Source: a virus (lineage: Duplodnaviria; Caudoviricetes). Taken from it: a stretch of DNA of 64,000 nucleotides. Numbering within the stretch: position 1 is the stretch's first letter; every line of letters starts with the position of its first letter. Of this stretch, positions 51,588-59,498 are shown piece by piece. The DNA is taken from IMG/VR virus record IMGVR_UViG_3300035498_000371, positions 64,001 to 128,000 of that record; one strand, 5' to 3'. Made by a program: the position numbers and the translations under genes. Below the pieces are notes generated by a model, which did not search any database, was not told the DNA's origin, and was given only the letters and a program-made list of their open reading frames with translations.

Positions 51588-51887
51588 ATGGCAGTATGCG
51601 AATATTGCAACAACGAGATGTGTGTAGGGGCATCATGTAAACCTACATTGATTATCAATGGTTCAAGATATCAGAGGATAAGATACGGAGATCCTAATGA
51701 CCTACATCCAGATCTTGCTGATGAAACAAGTTGCCCTGATTGCGGTTGCTTAAAAGGAATGTATCATCATTGGATGTGCGACATGGAGCGTTGTCCAGTA
51801 TGCGGAAATCAATTACTTATGTGCGATTGTGATATCTTTACAGACGCAGGAGTTATGTGCACCAAGATCTATGACAAGAAATCCTAA
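51588..51887 (+). CDS. Cys-rich Zn-binding protein
   Basis: CEYC, CPDCGC..HH..CDMERCPVCG..CDC. Confidence 0.75.
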   Translation: MAVCEYCNNEMCVGASCKPTLIINGSRYQRIRYGDPNDLHPDLADETSCPDCGCLKGMYHHWMCDMERCPVCGNQLLMCDCDIFTDAGVMCTKIYDKKS

Positions 51888-51942
51888 TTTTAAAGAGCTG
51901 GAAATATTCCAGCTCTAAATTTATTTAAGGGAGGTAATTAAA

Positions 51943-52812
51943 ATGAAGCGTTATTTATTTTTGCTTTCATTATGCGTTCTTTTAGCAGGATGTGGAAAGC
52001 AACAGGAAATCACAAACGAGGATTACTACACTGAACTTGTAACAACAGAGAGTGAAACAACGACAGAAGAAATTACTACCGAAGATGAGACAGAAACAGA
52101 AGAAGATGGATGCAGTGAATCAGTAGAATCTAAAGATGAGTATGCTTATCTGGATGATAATTACGATTCTGAAGGTAATTATATTCCTGAAGGATATGCG
52201 ATGCTTGATGTAGAAGAAATTCTACAGAATCCAGAGTTACCTACAGGATGCGAATCTGTAGCTTTAACAGCTTTACTAAAATATTATGGATTCACAGATT
52301 TGGATAAGACTTACATAGCGGACAATTATCTTATCTATAGTTCTACAGGAGATTGTAAAGATGGATTTATTGGAGATCCTCATACAACTAAAGGAGCTGG
52401 ATGCTTCTCTAATGTAATGAGACAGGTTGCTGATAATTATTTATATGATCAGAACGCTAATCTTGCTGCATATGATTTATCTGGAGCTACGATAAATGAG
52501 TTACTTCAATCATTAGATTATGGAGATCCTGTATTGATATGGACAACTATTAATATGGTAGAACCATCTATAGATAAGAGCGATCTCATGGTGGGCGATT
52601 ATGAATTTTATCATAACGAGCACTGTGTTGTTCTTATGGGATATAATCTTGATGGCGAAAAGCTTTATATCATGGACCCACTTGAAGGTATTGTAGAGAG
52701 AGATTTAGACGATTTCTATGATATTTATAAGAAGATAGGAAAATATGCAGTAGTTATCTGGCAGGGTAAACCTGTACCATCATCTCAGAATGGATTCGGA
52801 TTGGAAGAATAG
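51943..52812 (+). CDS. Lipoprotein with C39-like cysteine peptidase domain
   Basis: Lipobox LLAG-C; T/E-rich linker; QNPELPTGCESVAL, HCVVLMGY, DP. Confidence 0.85.
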   Translation: MKRYLFLLSLCVLLAGCGKQQEITNEDYYTELVTTESETTTEEITTEDETETEEDGCSESVESKDEYAYLDDNYDSEGNYIPEGYAMLDVEEILQNPELPTGCESVALTALLKYYGFTDLDKTYIADNYLIYSSTGDCKDGFIGDPHTTKGAGCFSNVMRQVADNYLYDQNANLAAYDLSGATINELLQSLDYGDPVLIWTTINMVEPSIDKSDLMVGDYEFYHNEHCVVLMGYNLDGEKLYIMDPLEGIVERDLDDFYDIYKKIGKYAVVIWQGKPVPSSQNGFGLEE

Positions 52813-52821
52813 AGGTGTTAT

Positions 52822-53490
52822 ATGAGAAATAAAGAATATTTAGAGTATACGTATAATCATAGAAAGGCAGTTATATTTGTCACAAATAAGTTTATCTCTA
52901 AAGGACTTATCACAGGAGATACGGCTTCTGCGATGATTAAAAGGGCAAAGAAGCATGATTTAGATAAAGCATTTTTATATACGCTTATTGATAAACCATT
53001 GGCTTCAAGATACCATAAGTTAACATCTTCGCACCACATGCAGGCAAACAATATTACTGATAAATGGATGCTGGATTATATCGAAGCAATAATCGATTAT
53101 GAGTCTTCGTATTATACGAAAGATGATAAACCATTAAACGCTTATGATACTATAATGAATGCCGAGAAGTATAATCTTGGTTTAAGAAACTGTGAGGAAA
53201 TGCTAAGAATTCTCAAGTCATTTGGAATGGATCGTTCATATACAGTAGATAGAAATAATCAAGAGTGGCAAGATTATTACTACGGATATATGGATAAATG
53301 CCCACCCACAGAAGAGAATATCTTATCTGAGATTTATACATATTTATTTCAGAATTTGACTACGGTACATTGTACGAATATCATTCAGGAGCTTGATCTT
53401 AAAAATAAAGATACTATTACAGCATCAATCGTAGAGAATGCTGTAATAAATAAGATTAGGCTTATGGAAAATCTACACAAAGCTAATTAA
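52822..53490 (+). CDS. HD-domain-like protein
   Basis: H...HDLDK...H..SHH...D pattern. Confidence 0.6.
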   Translation: MRNKEYLEYTYNHRKAVIFVTNKFISKGLITGDTASAMIKRAKKHDLDKAFLYTLIDKPLASRYHKLTSSHHMQANNITDKWMLDYIEAIIDYESSYYTKDDKPLNAYDTIMNAEKYNLGLRNCEEMLRILKSFGMDRSYTVDRNNQEWQDYYYGYMDKCPPTEENILSEIYTYLFQNLTTVHCTNIIQELDLKNKDTITASIVENAVINKIRLMENLHKAN

Positions 53491-53553
53491 ATATATAAAG
53501 GCCAGGGTTAATTCCCTAGCCTTAAGATTTTTGTTTTTAAGGAGGGAAGTATT

Positions 53554-53910
53554 ATGATTAATGAAGGGACAGCTAGAAAAGCAGCAAGCTTATGTAGAGC
53601 AGAATATGAGGATTATTTAAATTCGTTATTAGAACGAATGAAGGAATCTAAGGTTAGTATAAATGAGAAGCAGTATAAGAATATTTATATGGCTATAAAA
53701 TGTGATATACGTAAACTAAATATGTTTGAAGGAGAGTTATACAATGAAGTATGCTCTTATAAAGAATGTGATGAAATAAAATTAGATGATATAGAACGTT
53801 ATGTTGCACGAGCCCTTAGTTTATATATCAAACCCAAAACGGCATATTGTATTGATTCATCTAATGGCATATATAAAATAATAGATGAAGGATGTGTAGA
53901 ACTTATTTAA
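53554..53910 (+). CDS. Hypothetical protein
   Basis: AAGGAGG SD. Confidence 0.7.
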   Translation: MINEGTARKAASLCRAEYEDYLNSLLERMKESKVSINEKQYKNIYMAIKCDIRKLNMFEGELYNEVCSYKECDEIKLDDIERYVARALSLYIKPKTAYCIDSSNGIYKIIDEGCVELI

Positions 53911-54011
53911 TAAGTTTATTCGGCTAGGGTTCTCCTAGCCGTATTATTTTTTGCCATTTATATGAGCTAGAACTTAAATGTAATTAAAATCATTTAGGAG
54001 GTGCTTATATT

Positions 54012-54551
54012 ATGGATAAAACTGTAATTATAATCAACGGTAAAGGCGGTTGTGGTAAAGATACTTTAGTGAACTTTGTTAAGACTCAGATTGAAGATAC
54101 TTGGAATGTAAGCTCTATCGATCCTGTAAAGAAGATTGCTGCTCAGTTTGGTTATGATGAGAATAATAAGACTGATGAATGGCGCAAAGCTCTTTCTTTA
54201 ATGAAAGAAGCATTTATTACAGTAGATTATAAAGAGGTCACGATGTATCTCTTTAATAAGTTTACTTCATTTATTAGTGGAGATTATGGAGATCTCATGT
54301 TTGTACATATCAGAGAACCAGAGAATATAAAGAAGTTTATCAATGGTACTAAAGATATTGATCCAGAGCATACTTGTAAAGTTTATACTGTTCTTATAAA
54401 GAGGAAGGACACCGATAATAAAGTCTATGGTAATTCATCGGATGACGATGTAGAAAACTATGATTATGATTATACGTTTACCAATGAGGCAGGAGAGAAT
54501 ATTGATAAATATAGATTTATGATATTCTTATGTGAAGAAATACTTAAGTGA
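54012..54551 (+). CDS. P-loop nucleotide (dNMP) kinase-like protein
   Basis: IINGKGGCGKDT; HIREPE; SSDDDV. Confidence 0.75.
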   Translation: MDKTVIIINGKGGCGKDTLVNFVKTQIEDTWNVSSIDPVKKIAAQFGYDENNKTDEWRKALSLMKEAFITVDYKEVTMYLFNKFTSFISGDYGDLMFVHIREPENIKKFINGTKDIDPEHTCKVYTVLIKRKDTDNKVYGNSSDDDVENYDYDYTFTNEAGENIDKYRFMIFLCEEILK

Positions 54552-54597
54552 AATTGCATACTATAATCTAAATAAATTAGATTGGAGGAATATATTT

Positions 54598-55329
54598 ATG
54601 GATAACAATGATAAGGTGGTAGTTACTATACCGATTCAAACGCTTTCCGAAAGTTTAAATAAGAGAACGTATGAAAGAGAACCGCTAGAGACACTATTTA
54701 ACAAAGCAAAAGAAACTTATAAATTTTATGGAGGAGTTCCTGTAGTTTATAAGGCAGAAGGCAATATGACAGCTGTTGTTGGCGTAATAAGCGATTTAGA
54801 TACTGAAACAATGCTTGGTAGATTCGGCATAAATAATGACAGCAAATATGGCAAATTTATTGCAGATAAGATCAGTAGAGGAGAACAGCTTTCATTTGAA
54901 ATATTAGCCATGGGCAAAGCAGTCATAGGAGAATCTGGATATGAAGGAATTGCTGTTGATAGAATTATGGCATTTAATATCAATGATAAAGATTTTACTA
55001 AACTTGGAAATGGTATTACTAAAGATTATGACCAAAGATCGGCAGAAATTCTTGAGCGCCTAGCTAATGAGCTTAGAAAATCTTGTCAAACTCAAAAATA
55101 TAACTTTAATGAATTTAAGGATTCTACAGGAGAATTATCTCAGCGAGTAGGCATTACGCTTAAGCGTTATGAAGATAATTGGAATGAGAATCATTCCTTG
55201 GATGAAAAAGTACATCTTGAAACTGTTACGGATGAAAAAGAAAGTACTGATAAGATTCTATCATATAATATCAAGGTATCAGGTCCTGGAGCTGATAAGT
55301 TTAGGCATGAAGTCTTTGAGGAGGATTAA
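54598..55329 (+). CDS. Hypothetical protein; C-terminal domain paralogous to next gene
   Basis: GGAGG SD before ATG 54598; GITLKRYEDNWNEN...SYNIKVSG...F. Confidence 0.7.
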   Translation: MDNNDKVVVTIPIQTLSESLNKRTYEREPLETLFNKAKETYKFYGGVPVVYKAEGNMTAVVGVISDLDTETMLGRFGINNDSKYGKFIADKISRGEQLSFEILAMGKAVIGESGYEGIAVDRIMAFNINDKDFTKLGNGITKDYDQRSAEILERLANELRKSCQTQKYNFNEFKDSTGELSQRVGITLKRYEDNWNENHSLDEKVHLETVTDEKESTDKILSYNIKVSGPGADKFRHEVFEED

Positions 55330-55331
55330 TT

Positions 55332-55628
55332 ATGCATGAATTTAATGAAAGTATAGTTCTAGATATGATGCGTGAATTAAATGATTATGCATTAATGAGA
55401 ATATTCAAGATGAAGCGTAATACTCGTATCCAGGATATTGGTAGTATATTATCTAAATATCAAGATAAATGGAACGATAATAATCCAAATGAGCAAGTTC
55501 GTCTTTTTCTTATAGGGCATGATGGATACTATAGTAATAAACCAATCATCTATAGTTTAAACATCAGTGGAGATGGAGAAAACAGATTTAAAGAATTACT
55601 ATTTGGGAAGATGTACCATTATAATTGA
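55332..55628 (+). CDS. Hypothetical protein (standalone copy of previous gene's C-terminal domain)
   Basis: GSILSKYQDKWNDN...YSLNISG...F. Confidence 0.7.
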   Translation: MHEFNESIVLDMMRELNDYALMRIFKMKRNTRIQDIGSILSKYQDKWNDNNPNEQVRLFLIGHDGYYSNKPIIYSLNISGDGENRFKELLFGKMYHYN

Positions 55629-55647
55629 TATAATTGGAGGTATGATT

Positions 55648-55842
55648 ATGCAAGATAATTCAAAGAAATTAATGTGTACAATTGTTTTACCAGACGGAGA
55701 TGAATATTGGAAAGATGAAGTTGGAGGATATCATTCTCCGCCAATAGGATGGAATCCACTAGGACGTAGTTGTGGAGAATGCTGTTCTATATCATGCATT
55801 GACTGCCCTGCAAAGGATTTGCATGAAGGAGAATATTTATAA
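55648..55842 (+). CDS. Small Cys-rich protein
   Basis: GGAGG SD; CGECCSISCIDC. Confidence 0.6.
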   Translation: MQDNSKKLMCTIVLPDGDEYWKDEVGGYHSPPIGWNPLGRSCGECCSISCIDCPAKDLHEGEYL

Positions 55843-55859
55843 AAGAAAGGATAGATCTT

Positions 55860-56153
55860 ATGAATGATATTAATAATTATGAGAAGATATTTCACCAAAT
55901 CATACAAGATAAAGATGCTCAACCACCAGAAAATTTAATAGATTCTGTTAATTATGCTCTGAATTTTATTGACACTGAATTGCGCATAGCTTTGATTGAT
56001 CGTTATGGATTAAATTCTCATAAGCCTCATACTTATAAACAGTTAGCCGAAGAGCATAATATAACTTTTGATGTTGCTAGAGGACGCTGTGAACGAGGAT
56101 TACGAATGATGAGAAAACCACAACCATATCATGTAGTAAAATATGGACGATAG
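55860..56153 (+). CDS. Standalone sigma-70 region 4-like HTH protein
   Basis: RYGL...HTYKQLAEEHNIT...RGRCERGLRMMRKP resembles RFGL...TLEEVG..F.VTRERIRQIE.KALRKLRHP. Confidence 0.75.
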   Translation: MNDINNYEKIFHQIIQDKDAQPPENLIDSVNYALNFIDTELRIALIDRYGLNSHKPHTYKQLAEEHNITFDVARGRCERGLRMMRKPQPYHVVKYGR

Positions 56154-56262
56154 AGGGAAACCTCTATCGTTTCTATTAAGCATTTTATTTTTTTAAATAT
56201 GGATTCGTTTATATATTATAATTATGCTTAAATAATCTTAGTAAAGAAAGGAAAATAAATTT

Positions 56263-56745
56263 ATGGCTATTAATTTTTATTTAACGTACAAAGATTCTAT
56301 GTTGTTGGAGGACGTGCTCAAGACAGAATTAGCAAAAGAGGTTGATGAGTACACTCTAAATAGAATCATTAACAACGACTACATTAATTTCATCAATAAT
56401 GTAGGTAGGAGGATATTATTAAATGGTGAAGATTATGCCGATTATTGCAGCGAAGAATCTTATCTTACTATAAGATATATGGGCAATGATTGCTATACAT
56501 TAATGGTAGAGCGTATTCCTAGTAAAAATGATGTAAAGAAAACTATGGTATTTGAAAATGTAAAAATTGCTACCAACACAAAATACCAATATCATTTGGT
56601 TATTCCTAAAAAAGATATAGTGTTAGAACAGGAAAATTGGTCTGAAGAGGAATGGAAAACAATACTTAAAGTTTTTAACGTTGATAGTGCAGGTGCAATA
56701 AAAGTTAGTTCATTTAAACTATTTGGCGCTTTGAAAGGAGAATAA
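56263..56745 (+). CDS. Hypothetical early protein
   Basis: TATATTATA at 56212. Confidence 0.7.
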   Translation: MAINFYLTYKDSMLLEDVLKTELAKEVDEYTLNRIINNDYINFINNVGRRILLNGEDYADYCSEESYLTIRYMGNDCYTLMVERIPSKNDVKKTMVFENVKIATNTKYQYHLVIPKKDIVLEQENWSEEEWKTILKVFNVDSAGAIKVSSFKLFGALKGE

Positions 56746-56752
56746 GTCGATT

Positions 56753-57157
56753 ATGATAATGAAAGGAAAATATGATTTTCTAAGTAATTTCTACCCATGT
56801 ACGTTACAGTACATGGGTATTACTTATCAAAATTCTGAAGCAGCATTTCAGGCACAAAAATGTCCTGAAAGAGCAATTGAATTTGCTAATCTTGATCCTA
56901 GTAGAGCTAAGCGTCTAGGAAGAAGAGTAAAGCTAAGGTCTGATTGGGAAGAAGTTAAAATACCAATTATGTATCAGATATTAGAGGCTAAGTTTTCCAA
57001 TCCTGAATTGATGAATAGATTACTTCAGGTTGAAGGAGAAATAGTTGAAGAAACTACGTGGGGCGATACATTCTGGGGAGTTTGTAAAAGTAAAGGAAAT
57101 AATATGCTTGGAAAACTTCTTATGGATATTCGTGATAGAAATAAAACAATGTGCTAG
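56753..57157 (+). CDS. NADAR (YbiA-like) protein
   Basis: FLSNFYP, SEAAFQAQK, AKRLGR..LRSDW, KF..L..L, DTFWG, GNNMLGKLLM. Confidence 0.9.
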   Translation: MIMKGKYDFLSNFYPCTLQYMGITYQNSEAAFQAQKCPERAIEFANLDPSRAKRLGRRVKLRSDWEEVKIPIMYQILEAKFSNPELMNRLLQVEGEIVEETTWGDTFWGVCKSKGNNMLGKLLMDIRDRNKTMC

Positions 57158-57172
57158 AGGAGGGAACGAAAT

Positions 57173-57958
57173 ATGACAACAAATTCACTGTGGAACAAAA
57201 TGAAAGACAAGCTTGCGAAGGATATTGAATTCTATCAGTCGCAAGTTGTTACACCTAACGCTAATGTTGACCATCCAGAAGTTAGGTTATCAGAATGCAA
57301 ATCTCAGTTACAATTTATGATTAATACTGAGTGTGCAAATGATGTAAGAATAACCAAAATTAAAGAAGATTATAAGAATTCTGATATCGTAATGAGTGAG
57401 TTATTAAGAAATTCTTATCATAGCGAGCTTACAACAGATGAGATTAAATATCTTTTACTATGGTCAGGGGATTATGACGATATTACAAACGTCGATGAAT
57501 ATGTTTCAAGCATAGCAGCACCAGAAATTATTGTTATTGATAGCGATTATAATAAAGCTAGTGATTTAACAACGTGTCTTGATTTTATAATGCATGGAAA
57601 TTATAAGCTTCATAAAATTAGAGCTTATACCAATGCAGTTCTTTATTTTATCGATAACGTTATTACCACTGGCAATGCTCGTAACTGTATACTAATAATG
57701 GATTTAGATTTCTTTACTCATGAAGGAGGAGATCTTAAACGAGGAATTGGTTACAAGATGCTTACTGAACTTGAAAGACATGACGCTAATATTAGAACTA
57801 TTATCACATCTTCTTATGAACCTGAGAAGAGCATGATTGATTATCCATTTGTGGTTGGTAATATTGTATTGGATGAATCTTCTAATTTTAGAGCCTATCC
57901 AGAGAGCAAACTCAGAGAATTAATCAACAAAGCTTTGGAGGATAGAAAGAATGAGTAA
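57173..57958 (+). CDS. Hypothetical protein with C-terminal receiver-like (CheY-fold) domain
   Basis: IIVIDSD...LIMDLDF...GYKML..L...IITSS. Confidence 0.55.
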   Translation: MTTNSLWNKMKDKLAKDIEFYQSQVVTPNANVDHPEVRLSECKSQLQFMINTECANDVRITKIKEDYKNSDIVMSELLRNSYHSELTTDEIKYLLLWSGDYDDITNVDEYVSSIAAPEIIVIDSDYNKASDLTTCLDFIMHGNYKLHKIRAYTNAVLYFIDNVITTGNARNCILIMDLDFFTHEGGDLKRGIGYKMLTELERHDANIRTIITSSYEPEKSMIDYPFVVGNIVLDESSNFRAYPESKLRELINKALEDRKNE

Positions 57959-58532
57959 AATAATAGCTATAAGTCAAAGAGATAAAGATAGATATGGTTG
58001 CCCAAATTGTGGATGCGACGTTTCAATATGCAATAATTTTTATGGTATGGGAGCATTACCTGTAACATGCGAAGAATGCCATACAAAATATGTAATATTG
58101 GCTGATGATTTAGATAAATCTCCGATTGGATTTGGAACTGCTGATGGGAAAACTTATTACCCAGAGGTTGTAGAGCATCCTCGTAAGGGAATTCCATGGC
58201 ATCCATATGAATGGCCAGACCCCAGACCAGACGGCGAAGGAGAATTCTGTAGACCTAGAGGTATAGGATATGACTTGGCATGTTTTGTCAAATCAAAGAA
58301 GGCTGGAGAAAGACTGCTTGATATGGTAAAAGAAGTTCTTGGAAATGAGGAACCAAAGAGTTGGCTAGATTACAGGCCAAGAGAACCAAAATGGATTCAG
58401 TTTAAGTTTCAAAAAGAAGAGTTTGATCTTGAGAAACTGGAGAAACAGCTTACTGATAATAATCGTATAGTAACAATAGGTATTCTTAATGATTGTGCTA
58501 TTAAGGAGGTGAGTAATAATGAAGAGAATTAG
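57951..58532 (+). CDS. Zn-finger hypothetical protein
   Basis: CPNCG...CEEC. Confidence 0.7.
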   Translation: MSKIIAISQRDKDRYGCPNCGCDVSICNNFYGMGALPVTCEECHTKYVILADDLDKSPIGFGTADGKTYYPEVVEHPRKGIPWHPYEWPDPRPDGEGEFCRPRGIGYDLACFVKSKKAGERLLDMVKEVLGNEEPKSWLDYRPREPKWIQFKFQKEEFDLEKLEKQLTDNNRIVTIGILNDCAIKEVSNNEEN

Positions 58533-59094
58533 AGCTATTGTTGCTGGAGGTAGAACGTTTAATAATTATCGAAAGATGTGCGAAATCTTAGATTCATATC
58601 TTAATCCTGAAGAAGATTATATAACGATAATCTCTGGTATGGCTAAAGGAGCAGATATCTTAGGAGAGCAGTATGCCATAGAGCATAATATAAATCTAAT
58701 TCAATGCCCAGCATTATGGGAGAAGAATGGTAAATATGCTGGGTATATGCGCAATAAGCAGATGGCAGATATTGCTACAGACGAACCAGATTGTGAAGCA
58801 ATATTATTTGCTTTCTGGAATGGTAAATCTAGAGGAACTAAAAACATGATAGATCTTGCCAATAAATACGGTATGAGGGTAATAATTACAAACTATATTG
58901 ATGATTCTCAATCTCTTAAGCATTTTGAACCTAAGAATCATAAGTACACATATGATTTTGTACTGTTTAAGATTGCTGAAGGAAGATTTAGCTATGGTAA
59001 GATCAAGAGCAGAAATGAAGATGGCACTTACGACATAGAGACGTATAACTATCTATTCACTAGTGTACCAGAAGAAGATTTATTTCCAGTGTAA
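58519..59094 (+). CDS. SLOG (YspA/DUF2493-like) protein
   Basis: IVAGGRTF, IISGMAKGAD, AGYMRNKQMA, AFWNGKSRGTKNMI. Confidence 0.85.
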   Translation: MKRIRAIVAGGRTFNNYRKMCEILDSYLNPEEDYITIISGMAKGADILGEQYAIEHNINLIQCPALWEKNGKYAGYMRNKQMADIATDEPDCEAILFAFWNGKSRGTKNMIDLANKYGMRVIITNYIDDSQSLKHFEPKNHKYTYDFVLFKIAEGRFSYGKIKSRNEDGTYDIETYNYLFTSVPEEDLFPV

Positions 59095-59108
59095 GAAAGG
59101 AGTATATT

Positions 59109-59396
59109 ATGAAAGAAGTAACAGTTCATTTAGAAGAGCATCTTGTAAAGACTTTTAAAGTTGAAGTAGATACTGATGATTCCGATGAAGCTATGGATAT
59201 AGCAGAACAAGCAGTATTAAGAGAATATGATGATGGTAATATCGTGCTCACAGCAGATGATTACAATAATACTACATTGATTCATGCAGAGATAGATGGA
59301 TTTGATACTGAATGGAGAGAAACATATCGGGTTAAAGATGATTCTTATACCAAAGAACAGCTTAAAGAGATGTGCAAGATACGAGAAGATAAATAA
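59109..59396 (+). CDS. DpnD/PcfM-like protein
   Basis: VHLEEHLVKTFKVEV...A...V..EYDDGNIVLTADD. Confidence 0.6.
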   Translation: MKEVTVHLEEHLVKTFKVEVDTDDSDEAMDIAEQAVLREYDDGNIVLTADDYNNTTLIHAEIDGFDTEWRETYRVKDDSYTKEQLKEMCKIREDK

Positions 59397-59498
59397 AAAA
59401 TATATACGGCTAGGCCATTGTGCCTAGCCAATTTATTATTTTTTTGCTTAATCTTACTCCTCGGACAATAAAATAATTAATGAAAGGAGGCTAAGTAT

